Below, piece after piece: positions 1-10,180 of a stretch of DNA of 64,000 nt. The DNA comes from Nitrospirota bacterium (lineage in GTDB: Bacteria > Nitrospirota > UBA9217). Positions within the stretch are counted from its first letter, which is position 1. Every line of letters starts with the position of its first letter. Where the stretch lies: the NCBI GenBank assembly GCA_963740085.1, contig CAVUCU010000001.1, positions 1,120,001 through 1,184,000 on the forward strand, read 5' to 3'. A program made the position numbers and the translations under genes. Below the pieces are notes generated by a model. It saw only the letters and a list, made by a program, of their open reading frames with translations. It searched no databases and was not told the DNA's origin.

Positions 1-864
1 ATCGCTTCGATGTGGCGGATGAAGCCTGAGCAGATGATCCTCGGCAATGGTTCGGACGAACTGATCCAGGCGATCATCCTCGCCTTCGGCGGACCCGTGC
101 TGGTCCCGGTGCCGACCTTTGCCATGTACGAGATCACCTCCCGTGCGCTTGCGCAGAACGTTGTCGCCGTGCCGCTCAATGATGACTTTGATCTCGACGC
201 TGACGTGATGCTCAAGAAAGCGAAGGAAGGCAAGGCGAAGGTGATCTTCCTCGCCTGTCCGAACAACCCGACAGGGAACCGGTTCTCGGACATAGAGGTC
301 AGGAAGGTCCTTGACCATGCCAATGCCGTGGTCGTGATCGACGAAGCCTATTTTAGTTTTTCAAATAAGACCTGGCTTCCGCTTCTGAAGAAGTATCCCA
401 ACATGATCCTGCTCAGGACGCTTTCGAAGATCGGTTTTGCCGGTCTCCGAATCGGTGCGCTGACTGCCTCGCAGAACGTCATCGATGAACTGAATAAGAT
501 CAGGCTTCCGTACAATATCAACAGCCTGTCCCAGGCGGTCGGGGTGACCGCGCTCAAGCATAAAGAGGTCATCAGACGACAGATTTCCCTGTTGATTTCA
601 GAGCGGGAAAGATTATATAATGCCCTGTCAAGGCTTCCGGGCGTCACTGCCTATCCATCAGAGACCAATTTCATCATGATCAGGGCGGCCACGGATGCCT
701 CGGGCATTCACAAAAAGCTCAAGCAGGCCGGCATCCTCATCAAGAATTTGAGCAAACCAGGCCCACTCAGGAACTGCCTGCGGGTGACCGTAGGGACGCC
801 GGAAGAGAACAGGGAATTCCTGAAGAAGCTTAATGCTATTTTAGCCGCGGATAGACACGGATAA
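1..864 (+). CDS. hisC: Histidinol-phosphate aminotransferase (5'-truncated by window edge)
   Basis: GNGSDELI, PNNPTG, DEAY and RTLSK(PLP-Lys)..GLRIG motifs; directly upstream of hisB. Confidence 0.95.
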   Translation: MASMWRMKPEQMILGNGSDELIQAIILAFGGPVLVPVPTFAMYEITSRALAQNVVAVPLNDDFDLDADVMLKKAKEGKAKVIFLACPNNPTGNRFSDIEVRKVLDHANAVVVIDEAYFSFSNKTWLPLLKKYPNMILLRTLSKIGFAGLRIGALTASQNVIDELNKIRLPYNINSLSQAVGVTALKHKEVIRRQISLLISERERLYNALSRLPGVTAYPSETNFIMIRAATDASGIHKKLKQAGILIKNLSKPGPLRNCLRVTVGTPEENREFLKKLNAILAADRHG

Positions 865-998
865 AAGCGGAAGGTCCACCCGCGAATGAATGTTGATTTT
901 CACGAACAAGGACTTGAGACTATGTCTAGAAAAGACTTTTCAGCCACCTTGTTCAGACTTTGATAATTGATCCGTGTTCATCCGTGCAGATCCGTGGC
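844..998. repeat. Inverted-repeat element with 10-bp periodic arms
   Basis: Left arm gccgcgga-tagacacgga-taaaagcgga; right arm tccgtgttca-tccgtgcaga-tccgtggc; the hisC stop lies in the left arm. Confidence 0.7.
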
Positions 999-1017
999 AA
1001 AGAATTAGGATTAAATC

Positions 1018-1608
1018 ATGTCAAGAAAAGCGACCATCGAACGCAAGACCAAAGAGACGGACATCAGGATGTCCCTCAACCTCGACGGCACAGGCGTGTA
1101 CAGCATCAAGACCTCGGTGCCGTTCATGGACCACATGTTCTCGCACATTGCCAGGCACGGTTTCTTCGACCTTTCGATCAAGGCAAGGGGCGATATTGAG
1201 ATCGACGACCACCACACGGTGGAGGACCTCGGCATCGCCTTCGGCCAGGCCCTCAAAAAGGCGCTCGGGGACAGCAAAGGCATTCGCCGGTATGGCGAGG
1301 CGACCGTACCCATGGACGAGACGCTCGCGCAGGTGTGTATGGACCTTTCCGGCAGGCCCTACCTCGTGTATCAGCTGGACCTGCCGAAGAAGTACAAGCT
1401 CAAGAACTTCGATCCGGGACTTGCCGAGGACTTCTTCCGCTCTGTTGCCAATCACGCAGGCATGAACCTCCATATCCGCATTTTATACGGCCGCGATGTC
1501 CATCACATGCTCGAAGGAGTCTTTAAGGCCTTCGGCCGCGCCCTGGACCAGGCCACGAGCCTCGATCCGAGGATCAAGGGCGTGCTCTCGACAAAAGGGA
1601 AAATTTAA
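1018..1608 (+). CDS. hisB: Imidazoleglycerol-phosphate dehydratase
   Basis: [32 protein letters not shown] and STKG motifs. Confidence 0.98.
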   Translation: MSRKATIERKTKETDIRMSLNLDGTGVYSIKTSVPFMDHMFSHIARHGFFDLSIKARGDIEIDDHHTVEDLGIAFGQALKKALGDSKGIRRYGEATVPMDETLAQVCMDLSGRPYLVYQLDLPKKYKLKNFDPGLAEDFFRSVANHAGMNLHIRILYGRDVHHMLEGVFKAFGRALDQATSLDPRIKGVLSTKGKI

Positions 1609-1727
1609 CAGCCAGTTCTTTCAGGAGAAATGGGGAATAGGAATGGAGAACTGGAGAGAAGATATATCCGTCGCTTCTCCCTTTCGCCCCTCCCTCCCCC
1701 TTTCCCCTGTGAAGGTTTAAATCTATC

Positions 1728-2366
1728 ATGATAGCAATTATTGATTATGGAATGGGAAATCTCAGGAGCGTCCAGAAGGGCTTTGAACACACGGGCCATG
1801 AGGCCGTGGTCACGAGCGACGCGAAGACGATCCTGAACGCGGACAAGGTCGTGCTGCCCGGCGTGGGCGCGTTCCCTGATTGCATGCGGAACCTGGAGCA
1901 GTACGGCCTTATCGATGCGGTGAAGAAGAGCATCGGCACGGGCAAGCCCTTTCTCGGGATCTGTCTGGGCCTCCAGCTTCTCTTCACGGAAAGCGAAGAG
2001 TTCGGAATATCCAATGGTCTGGACATCATCAAAGGCCGTGTCGTTCGTTTCAAAGGACCTGTATTCGAAACTCCGAACTCCGATCTCGGCACGTTGAAGG
2101 TCCCTCACATGGGCTGGAATTCGCTTTCCTTCAAAAGGAGCCCGCCTGCGTTCGCAGACGTGCCGGAGAACAGCCATGTCTACTTTGTGCATTCGTTCCA
2201 TGTCGTACCGGAGGACAAGGGCGTCATCGCGACCACCACGCCGTATGGCATCGAGTTCGTCTCGAGCATCTGGAAGGACAATATTCTCGCGGTCCAGTTC
2301 CACCCCGAAAAAAGCCAGCAGGTGGGGTTGTCGATCCTGAAACGCTTCGGGGAACAGAAAGGCTAA
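1728..2366 (+). CDS. hisH: Imidazole glycerol phosphate synthase glutaminase subunit
   Basis: IIDYGMGNL, PGVGAF, GICLGLQ, VPHMGWN, YFVHSF and QFHPEKS motifs. Confidence 0.98.
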   Translation: MIAIIDYGMGNLRSVQKGFEHTGHEAVVTSDAKTILNADKVVLPGVGAFPDCMRNLEQYGLIDAVKKSIGTGKPFLGICLGLQLLFTESEEFGISNGLDIIKGRVVRFKGPVFETPNSDLGTLKVPHMGWNSLSFKRSPPAFADVPENSHVYFVHSFHVVPEDKGVIATTTPYGIEFVSSIWKDNILAVQFHPEKSQQVGLSILKRFGEQKG

Positions 2367-2370
2367 TTTC

Positions 2371-2607
2371 ACCGCAGAGGTCGCAGAGAACGCGGAGAAA
2401 CCTAATAATTTTATAATTAATCAGAACCTAAAACCATATGCTCACACGAAGGCACAAAGTACACGAAGGAAAACTATGCATCTTGCTTTTGGTTCAAACC
2501 CGGGAATTAAAGCCTTTCTTCGTGCCTTTGTGGCTTCGTGTGACAATGACTTGAGTAGTTACATTATTCTGTATGTTTTTTTCTCAGCGTCTCAGCGCCT
2601 CCGCGGT
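2371..2607. repeat. Nested periodic inverted-repeat elements (outer 2371-2607, inner about 2442-2543)
   Basis: Outer arms accgcagaggtcgcagagaacgcggag / ctcagcgtctcagcgcctccgcggt; inner arms tcacacgaaggcacaaagtacacgaag / cttcgtgcctttgtggcttcgtgtga. Confidence 0.8.
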
Positions 2608-2627
2608 AAATTTTTTTTGAGGTATTT

Positions 2628-3350
2628 ATGCTTATAATTCCGGCCATCGATCTTAAAGAAGGCAAGTGCGTCCGCCTTGAACAGGGGCTCATGGACAAGG
2701 CCACGGTCTATTCCGACGATCCCGCGACCACGGCAAGGCACTGGGAGTCTCAAGGAGCGGAGTTCCTCCATGTCGTTGACCTGGACGGCGCTTTTGCCGG
2801 CGTGCCGAAAAACCTCGATGCCATCAAGGCGATCCGTGCTGCCATCAAGATCCCGATCGAGGTCGGCGGCGGCATCAGGGACATGGCCACGATCAGGGCC
2901 CTCGTCTCGATCGGCATAGACCGTATCATCCTCGGCACTGCTGCGATCGAAAATCCGGCCTTTGTGCAGGAAGCCTGCAAAGAGTTTCCCGGCAGGATCA
3001 TCGTGGGCATTGATGCAAAAGAAGGCCTCGTGGCGATCAAGGGATGGGCGGAGGTCACGAAGGTGAAGGCAACCGACCTCGCGCAACAAATGCAGGAGCA
3101 TGGCGTCATCGCCGTCATCTACACCGACATCAAGCGCGACGGCATGCTGTCGGGCCCGAATATCGAGGCCACGCAGGCGCTCGCGCGGGCGCTGCATATC
3201 CCGGTCATTGCCTCGGGCGGCGTCCATACGATGAAGGATATTGAGAACCTTCTTACGATACGGTACGCCGGCGTCAGCGGCGTCATCACCGGGAAAGCTA
3301 TCTATAGCGGCTCTCTCAATTTAAAAGAAGCCATCACGTTTATCAAATGA
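2628..3350 (+). CDS. hisA: ProFAR isomerase
   Basis: [42 protein letters not shown] and IASGG motifs. Confidence 0.98.
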   Translation: MLIIPAIDLKEGKCVRLEQGLMDKATVYSDDPATTARHWESQGAEFLHVVDLDGAFAGVPKNLDAIKAIRAAIKIPIEVGGGIRDMATIRALVSIGIDRIILGTAAIENPAFVQEACKEFPGRIIVGIDAKEGLVAIKGWAEVTKVKATDLAQQMQEHGVIAVIYTDIKRDGMLSGPNIEATQALARALHIPVIASGGVHTMKDIENLLTIRYAGVSGVITGKAIYSGSLNLKEAITFIK

Positions 3351-3382
3351 ACGATAACCAGTGCTCAAGGTAAAATCAGGTT

Positions 3383-3498
3383 TCTCGCAGGGACGCAGAG
3401 CCCGAAGAGAACTACAGTACCAAGATCTAAAAGAATTTTCTGGCATAAGAACTTCAGGGGATTTTAAAGCTCTCTGCGACCTCTGCGCCTCCGCGAGA
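3383..3498. repeat. Periodic-arm inverted-repeat element
   Basis: tctcgcagggacgcagagcccgaagag ... ctctgcgacctctgcgcctccgcgaga. Confidence 0.75.
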
Positions 3499-3542
3499 GA
3501 ATGCCTCTTGATTTTTAATTTTGGAGATTTTATTTATTCGTT

Positions 3543-4403
3543 ATGCTGACTAAAAGGATCATACCCTGCCTGGACGTGAAGGCGGGACGGGTTGTCAAAG
3601 GCGTCAGCTTCGTGAACCTGCGCGACGCCGGGGACCCGGTCGAGATCGCAAAGGTGTACGACGAGCAGGGAGCTGACGAACTGACGTTCCTGGACATCAC
3701 CGCGTCGCACGAGGAGCGCGGCATCATCCTCGACATCGTGCGACGCACGGCGGAGCAGGTCTTCATGCCGCTTACCGTGGGCGGAGGCATCAGGGTCATC
3801 GACGACATCCGCAACCTCCTGCTCGCCGGGTGCGACAAGGTCTCGATCAACACCACCGCGGTCCACGACCCGGAGTTCATCAAGGCCGCTTCCATGCGCT
3901 TCGGCAGCCAGTGCATCGTGGTCGCCATCGACGCGAAACAGGTTGTTGCCCATGACAAGGACTTCAAGCCGCCGCTCACCTGGGCCGACGACCCAAAATA
4001 TAAATCGCTGTTCCTGTCTCGACTCCGCGCTCCTCACCCCTGAGCTCACGAACCCCGCTGGGAGGTCTACACCCATGGCGGCAGAAATCCCATGGGTATC
4101 GACGCGGTTGCATGGGCAAAGAAAATGGAAGAGTACGGCGCGGGGGAGATCCTGCTCACGAGCATGGACCAGGATGGACGGAAGAACGGTTATGATCTGG
4201 CGCTCACGCGCTCTGTTGCCGAAGCGGTCTCGATACCGGTCATTGCCTCCGGCGGCGTGGGGAATCTCGAACACATCTATGACGGTTTTACAAAAGGCAA
4301 AGCCGATGCCGCTCTCGCGGCATCGATCTTTCATTTCAGAGAATATACCATCAGGCAGGCGAAGGAATATTTGAAGGAGCGGGGTGTACCGGTGAGGTTG
4401 TAA
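3543..4403 (+). CDS. hisF: Imidazole glycerol phosphate synthase cyclase subunit, interrupted by an in-frame TGA at 4041-4043 within a loop insertion of about 30 aa
   Basis: [43 protein letters not shown] and ALAASIFH motifs. ORFs 3543-4043 and 4092-4403 are in the same frame. Confidence 0.9.
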
Positions 4404-4433
4404 CATCGCTGCCAAAAATGATCGCCCGTAATA

Positions 4434-4476
4434 AAAAAGCGGCCGGGGATTGAGTACCCTGACCGCTTTTGCTTTT
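4434..4476. terminator. Probable bidirectional intrinsic terminator between hisF and the convergent gene
   Basis: aaaaagcggccggg...ccctgaccgcttttgctttt hairpin with an A tract on one side and a T tract on the other. Confidence 0.65.
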
Positions 4477-4489
4477 CCCAACGCGTTTC

Positions 4490-4744
4490 CTACTTCCCCT
4501 TCACTTCGATCTCCGCGGCACGTGATTCATACTTCACGGTGACCTTCGCGCCGACCTTCAGGTCGCCCTTGACCTTGGTGCTGGAGTCCTTGGCCATTTC
4601 GAATTTCTCGCCGTTCTTGTCCACCACGATGACGTTGTCCTTGACCTCCAGGACCTTGCCGGTGAACTGATACGTCTTTCCTGCAAAGGCTGCCGTTGCC
4701 ATAACCATCACTGCCACTACGACAAATATCATGATGCGCTTCAT
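4490..4744 (-). CDS. Small exported beta-rich (OB-fold-like) hypothetical protein
   Basis: Signal peptide ending AFA; FTGKVLEV...GDLKVGAKVTVKY pattern. Confidence 0.75.
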   Translation of the reverse strand: MKRIMIFVVVAVMVMATAAFAGKTYQFTGKVLEVKDNVIVVDKNGEKFEMAKDSSTKVKGDLKVGAKVTVKYESRAAEIEVKGK

Positions 4745-4785
4745 AAGAAACCCCCTTTAAGATGAGATGATAAACGAAACTCCCC

Positions 4786-4869
4786 GGATCCTTCGCTATG
4801 CTCAGAGTCTACCCTGAATATCCCGAATGAGATATGATGAATCAGGTCCTTCGCTTCGCTCAGGATGAC
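4786..4869. repeat. REP-like repeat (gatccttcgcttcgctcaggatgac type), two partial copies
   Basis: ggatccttcgctatgctcagagt and ggtccttcgcttcgctcaggatgac. Confidence 0.5.
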
Positions 4870-4879
4870 GGCTTTGCCG

Positions 4880-5533
4880 TCACTTTTTCGCCGCGATCCC
4901 CTTCTGGATCGCCTTCACCACGCCGTCGCTGCTTGTCTCGCTGATCTTGAGGAGTATGCCTTTCTTCAAGTAATAGCCAATGAGCGGTGCGGTCTTCTCA
5001 TTATACACGTCAAGCCGTTTGCTGATCGCCTCCACGGTCTCGTCGGCACGCTGTATCGTGGGACTGCCGCACTTTTTGCACTTATCGCCGGGGGCCGGGG
5101 GATTGCTCTTGATGTTGTAGATCTCCTGGCAGGACGGATTGGAACAGGTCCTGCGCGTGGTCAATCGGTCGAGGATCACGTCGCGCGGGACCTCGATGCT
5201 CGCCACGAGGTCAAGCTTGATGTTGAGCTTCGTCAGGATCGCATCGAGCGCGTCGGCCTGCGGGATGGTCCGCGGGAAGCCGTCGAGGAGAAAACCTTTC
5301 TGGCAGTCCTTCTCTTTAAGCCGCTGCTCCATGATGCCCATGATCAATGAATCAGGAACCAGGTCGCCCCGGTCCATGTAGCCCTGCGCTTCTTTGCCGA
5401 GCGCCGTGCCGGCCTTTACCGCGCCGCGCAGAATATCGCCTGTCGAGATCTGGACCGAGCCGTCCAGTGCTGTCAACAGCTTTGCCACCGTGCCCTTGCC
5501 CGCGCCCGGTGCGCCTAAAAGAATGATCCTCAT
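4880..5533 (-). CDS. adk: Adenylate kinase with zinc-lid
   Basis: GAPGAGKGT, ISTGDILR, GFLLDGFPRT, Cys-containing lid and QRAD motif. Confidence 0.97.
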   Translation of the reverse strand: MRIILLGAPGAGKGTVAKLLTALDGSVQISTGDILRGAVKAGTALGKEAQGYMDRGDLVPDSLIMGIMEQRLKEKDCQKGFLLDGFPRTIPQADALDAILTKLNIKLDLVASIEVPRDVILDRLTTRRTCSNPSCQEIYNIKSNPPAPGDKCKKCGSPTIQRADETVEAISKRLDVYNEKTAPLIGYYLKKGILLKISETSSDGVVKAIQKGIAAKK

Positions 5534-5645
5534 TGTTGCTTACCTCCCTGGAGTAAAGTGAATTAGTGCTTCAAGGCGGCCATTATCGTATTATCCGGTA
5601 AAAAAATCAAGAAAAATGGTAACTGCTCAGATCAAAACCGTTTGG

Positions 5646-5735
5646 CCGCAAAGAACGCAAGGAACTCAAAGAAAAAACATGCACCTTGAATTATCAGTAT
5701 TAAATTCTCTCTGCGTTCCTTGCGTTCTTTGCGGT
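5646..5735. repeat. Periodic-arm inverted-repeat element
   Basis: gccgcaaagaacgcaaggaactcaaag ... ctctgcgttccttgcgttctttgcggt (9-bp period). Confidence 0.8.
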
Positions 5736-5754
5736 AAAAAGCAGTCAATCGGAA

Positions 5755-7260
5755 TCACACCATCACCACTTCGTACTGCTCCTGATGCAGATTGGGGTCG
5801 GCCTTGATCACGATCTTCTTCTGAAATTCCTTTTCCAGCTCCTCCACGCCCTGCCGCTCCTCATCGTACATCATATCGGCAACCACGGAGTTCACGGTCA
5901 CGAGGGCCTTCCTTTCCTCGGCTCCGGTAAAGGCCCTGCGGAGCTCGCGGAAGACCTCATAGCAGATGGTGCGGCTCGACTTGACGTATCCGCGTCCTTC
6001 GCAGTAGGGGCACGTGTCGCACAGTGTTCGTCCCAGGCTCTCGCGAATGCGCTTGCGCGTCATCTCGATCAGCCCGATGGGCGAGATGTGCGAGATGGTG
6101 GTCTTGGCCTTGTCGTTCGCGAGCGCCTCCTGCAGCGCCGCGTACACCTTTCGCCGGTTGTCCTCGCGTTCCATATCGATGAAATCGAGGATGAGGATGC
6201 CGCCGATGTTCCGGAGACGCAGCTGGTAGGCGATCTCGCGCACCGCCTCGAGGTTGGTCTTGAGGATCGTGTCTTCGAGCGAACGCTTGCCCACGTACCT
6301 GCCGGTGTTCACGTCGATCGTGGTGAGCGCCTCGGTCTGGTCGAGGATGATGTACCCGCCTGACTTGAGCCAGACCTTCCTGCCGAGGGCCCGCGAGATC
6401 TCGATCTCCACGCCGTAGTGTTCGAAGATGGGGTCGTCGCCTTCGTAGGGCTTCACGCGCCTGCCGAGCTGGGGGATGTAGGAGTCCACGAACTCTTTCA
6501 CCCGGTCGTATTCCTCGGGGGCATCGATGACCAGCCTGTCGACGTCACGGGTGAAAACGTCGCGGATCACCCGGAAGACGAGGTCGAGCTCGTTGTGCAT
6601 CAGCGCCGGGGCCGAGGTCTTCTCTTTTTTCCGCTGGATGGTCTCCCACAGCCGCGAGAGGAACTCGACGTCGGCATTGAAATCGTCCTCGCTCCTGCCC
6701 TGGCTGGCGGTCCGGATGATGTAGCCGGTGTTCGGCTTCCGGAGCCTGCTCACGATCTCCCGGAGCCGGCGCCGCTCCTCGCCGTCCTCGATCCGGCGCG
6801 AGACGCCGATGTGGTTGACGCCCGGCATCATGACCAGGTAGCGGCCGGGGATGCTGATGTAGGTCGTCACGCGCGCGCCCTTGGTGCTGATCGGCTCCTT
6901 GGATACCTGGACCAGGATGTCCTGGCCTTCCTGCAGGAGGTCCTCGATCTGCGTTGCGTGAGAGCGCTTCCGCTTCGGCTCAACCTCGAGTTCCAGGCCC
7001 TCGTCCTCCATCATGGGTGTGTATTCCGACGTGCTGTCGAACACGTCGCCTACATACAGAAAGGCGGCCTTCTCCAGTCCTATGTCCACGAACGACGCCT
7101 GCATGCCGGGAAGGACCTTCATCACGCGCCCTTTGTACACATTGCCTGCCATTCCGCGTTCCTTCTTGCGGTCGATGAATATTTCCGTGACCAGGCCGTT
7201 CTCCAGAAGCGCCACGCGCGTCTCTTCCCGGCCCGCATTTACGATGATCTCAGATGACAT
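5755..7260 (-). CDS. rng: Ribonuclease E/G family (RNase G)
   Basis: GNVYKGRV, S1 domain, KVWLKSGGY, TIDVNTG, QLRLRNIGG..DFIDM and CPYCEG motifs; about 500 aa. Confidence 0.93.
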   Translation of the reverse strand: MSSEIIVNAGREETRVALLENGLVTEIFIDRKKERGMAGNVYKGRVMKVLPGMQASFVDIGLEKAAFLYVGDVFDSTSEYTPMMEDEGLELEVEPKRKRSHATQIEDLLQEGQDILVQVSKEPISTKGARVTTYISIPGRYLVMMPGVNHIGVSRRIEDGEERRRLREIVSRLRKPNTGYIIRTASQGRSEDDFNADVEFLSRLWETIQRKKEKTSAPALMHNELDLVFRVIRDVFTRDVDRLVIDAPEEYDRVKEFVDSYIPQLGRRVKPYEGDDPIFEHYGVEIEISRALGRKVWLKSGGYIILDQTEALTTIDVNTGRYVGKRSLEDTILKTNLEAVREIAYQLRLRNIGGILILDFIDMEREDNRRKVYAALQEALANDKAKTTISHISPIGLIEMTRKRIRESLGRTLCDTCPYCEGRGYVKSSRTICYEVFRELRRAFTGAEERKALVTVNSVVADMMYDEERQGVEELEKEFQKKIVIKADPNLHQEQYEVVMV

Positions 7261-7427
7261 TGTTTCTCCTTGATTGATGGTTTCTTAAACCTATTTTATT
7301 ATACTCTGGAGTTGAACACAAGAAGGAAAATCGAGTGCAGAGAAACAACCTTTGCCGCGGATCAATGCGGAAATGAAAAGGCTCCTTTAGTTACCAAGGG
7401 AGCAATTCTTCTCAAGACAAATAATTT

Positions 7428-7566
7428 TCTCGCAGAGGCGCAGAGTTCGCAGAGAAAAGCTCAAATATTCCGGCTAAAATCAATACGTAAATCGTATGAT
7501 TTAACTCTGCGTCCTCTGCGTGCTCTGCGAGAGACGCCTTTTTGGTTCCGGCTTATCCGGGTTAAG
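7428..7566. repeat. Periodic-arm inverted-repeat element plus ggttccggcttatccgggtt motif
   Basis: tctcgcagaggcgcagagttcgcagag ... ctctgcgtcctctgcgtgctctgcgaga; a related terminal motif recurs at about 45866 (reverse) and about 52319. Confidence 0.75.
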
Positions 7567-7582
7567 ATGACCTAACCGGTCC

Positions 7583-10072
7583 CTAAAACGCCATCGGACT
7601 TATCCACTGGTCCTTTTCCCTGCAGTACATTCCCACGCGCTTTATTCTGAACATCACGGATTGATCTTTCCCGATGTTGAACAGTTGTTCGATCATGTCC
7701 TGTATGCGCGGCTTGAGCTGGTCGTGATCGACCAGCGTACAGACAATGCCATCACGAGCCACGGCAATTGATTCGATGCACGGACGGATGTCCTTCTGCT
7801 TCCCCTCTTTTGCAACGACCACCGATGTCCGCGACAGGAAATCCTTGACCCGCTCTTCGATACCGTCCCGATACGGCGCTGCGATGGTAACGTCATACAC
7901 GTACCTGCCGATGCTGCCGGAAAGGGAAGGGGCTTTCTTCGAAACAACCTTTGATTCAAGTATCCTTACGCCGTCAGGAAGCACATTGTTCAGTCCCTTG
8001 GTGACCTGAAGCAGGTCCGCGAACGGGTCGACCTCCAGGTCAAGATATTCAGTCTCGCTCTCCATGCCCACCGGAAGCGACGGGCCAAAGGCGATCTTCG
8101 GATGAGGGTTGAAACCCCGGGAAAAGGCGATGGGCACCTTTGCACGGACCGCAGCACGATGGAACAGGGTCATGAAATCCAGATGGGAAAGAAAACGGAT
8201 GCGTCCCGACTTGGTGAATTTCATCCTGATGCGGGCGGACATATCAGGCAGTCCCGCGGGTTGAGGCCGGTCTGCCCGCGCGGGTTGCTCCGTTTGTGTT
8301 TGTATCGGTGCCGACGCAGCCGGTTTCCCGAGCGAGGGCGTTCCGCCGTCCGTGCACCCGAGACCGCAATGCTCACACGCCACCCGGCAGTTCTCCGTGG
8401 TCTTCTCCTCCACCGCGCGTTGATACTCGCGCTTCATGAATTCCCGGGTCACACCGCTCCTGACGGCGTCCCAGGGAAGTTCATCCTCCAGCCCGAACGT
8501 CCGTGCTGCATAGGATGAGGCGTCGAGTCCGCATTTCTGAAAGGCTCCGGTCCATTTCTTAAAGTCAAAGTATTCGGTCCAGCCGTCAAAGCGGCACCCG
8601 AGGCGTACAGCCTCTTCGATGACCCTGCCGAGCTGCCGGTCGCCGCGCGCGAATGCCCCTTCCAGCAGGCTCGTCTCGGGGTTGTGGGCCTTCAGGGTGA
8701 TACCGCGCCTCTTCAACCCCTTCTCGAGATAGGCCTGCCTTCTCCGGATCTCCTCGATGGGCGCCTGGCCATGCCACTGGAACGGCGTATGCGGCTTGGG
8801 AACGAAGGTCGAGACGCTGACATTGATCTGCGCCGGCCGCTTGGAGGCGCGTTTGCCGAGGCTCGCGAGTTCGTTGGTGAGCCTGATAATACCGTCAAGG
8901 TCAAGGTCGGTCTCGGTCGGGAGGCCGATCATGAAGTAGAGTTTGATCGTGTTCCATCCGCTCCGGAAGATGGTCTCCGCGGCGTCCATGAGGTCCAGAT
9001 CGGTCACCGGTTTGTTGATGACCCTGCGCAGGCGCTCGGTGCCCGCCTCCGGCGCGAGCGTGAATCCGGTCTTGCGCGTCCCGGCAATGGCCCTGATCAT
9101 CTCCGGCGTGAGCGTGCCCACGCGAAGCGACGGGAGCGAGACCGAAATGCGGCTGTCCCGGTACTTCTCCATCAGCTCGATGATGAGAGGCTGGATCTCC
9201 GAGTAATCGCCTGAGCTCAGCGAGGCGAGAGAAAGTTCGTCATATCCGGTGCAGGCGAGCGATCCGTCGAGCAGCCCTTTCACCGTTTCCGGGCCCCGCT
9301 CCCGGTAAGGCCGGTAGATGATCCCGGCCTGGCAGAACCTGCAGCCGCGGATGCAGCCGCGCGCGACCTCGACGGTCACGCGGTCATGGATCGGTCTCAT
9401 AAGCGGTACGAGAGGTCTGTCAGGATAGGGTGCTGTTTCTATGCTTGCGAGATACCGCCTGCGGACGGTCGTCTTTCCCAGCGAGGGTACGTAAAAACCG
9501 TCTCGTTTCGAGATGGCGCTGAGAAATTCCCGCCTGCCCCGATGTTCCTGCCGGAGCGCCACGATCTCGTGCACGGCCTCCTCGGCCTCGCCGATGAAAA
9601 AGACGTCGATAAAGTCGGAAAGCGGCTCCGGATTCACGGAACAGGGGCCGCCGGCGATGACGAGCGGGTGGCTGTCGGTGCGGTCCTCGGATCGTATCGG
9701 GATCTGTGCAAGCTCCAGCCCGGTCAGGATGTTGGAGTACGAGAGTTCGTACTGGAGGGTGATGCCGATGATGTCGAATTCAGCAAGAGGCAGATTTGAC
9801 TCCAGGCTCGTCAGCGGCCTTCCCGATATGCGGAGCCTGTCCTCATAGTCCGGCCAGGGAGAAAAGACCCGTTCGCATGCCGTGTCCGGCCTGCTGTTCA
9901 GGATGTGGTAGAGGATCCGGATGCCGAGGTGCGACATGCCGACCTCGTAGGTGTCGGGAAAGAAGAGACAGACCGTGGTCTTGACCTGCGCCAGGTCTTT
10001 GTGGATTGCATTGATCTCGGTGTTAATGTACCGCGCGGGCTTGGCGACCAGCGGGAGAAAGTCTTCGAGCAT
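7583..10072 (-). CDS. B12-binding radical SAM protein (TIGR03960-type) fused to a DUF2344/TIGR03936-type C-terminal domain
   Basis: KPARY, YEVGMSHLG, RGCIRGCRFC, FTLAPEAG; C-terminal FLSHLD...GFNPHPK. Confidence 0.9.
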   Translation of the reverse strand: MLEDFLPLVAKPARYINTEINAIHKDLAQVKTTVCLFFPDTYEVGMSHLGIRILYHILNSRPDTACERVFSPWPDYEDRLRISGRPLTSLESNLPLAEFDIIGITLQYELSYSNILTGLELAQIPIRSEDRTDSHPLVIAGGPCSVNPEPLSDFIDVFFIGEAEEAVHEIVALRQEHRGRREFLSAISKRDGFYVPSLGKTTVRRRYLASIETAPYPDRPLVPLMRPIHDRVTVEVARGCIRGCRFCQAGIIYRPYRERGPETVKGLLDGSLACTGYDELSLASLSSGDYSEIQPLIIELMEKYRDSRISVSLPSLRVGTLTPEMIRAIAGTRKTGFTLAPEAGTERLRRVINKPVTDLDLMDAAETIFRSGWNTIKLYFMIGLPTETDLDLDGIIRLTNELASLGKRASKRPAQINVSVSTFVPKPHTPFQWHGQAPIEEIRRRQAYLEKGLKRRGITLKAHNPETSLLEGAFARGDRQLGRVIEEAVRLGCRFDGWTEYFDFKKWTGAFQKCGLDASSYAARTFGLEDELPWDAVRSGVTREFMKREYQRAVEEKTTENCRVACEHCGLGCTDGGTPSLGKPAASAPIQTQTEQPARADRPQPAGLPDMSARIRMKFTKSGRIRFLSHLDFMTLFHRAAVRAKVPIAFSRGFNPHPKIAFGPSLPVGMESETEYLDLEVDPFADLLQVTKGLNNVLPDGVRILESKVVSKKAPSLSGSIGRYVYDVTIAAPYRDGIEERVKDFLSRTSVVVAKEGKQKDIRPCIESIAVARDGIVCTLVDHDQLKPRIQDMIEQLFNIGKDQSVMFRIKRVGMYCREKDQWISPMAF

Positions 10073-10180
10073 GGAACTCCTTAAAGGCAGGGTTCAGGGT
10101 GCAGGGTACGGGGTTCAGCAGGCACTGTCTGGCAGGTCCGGACTTTCCTGAACCCTGTCCCCCGATGTTACACCCTGCTT

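Noticed and set aside
4041-4043. Selenocysteine codon in hisF
   Set aside because: It lies in a non-conserved insertion rather than at a catalytic Cys position, and no convincing SECIS was recognised.
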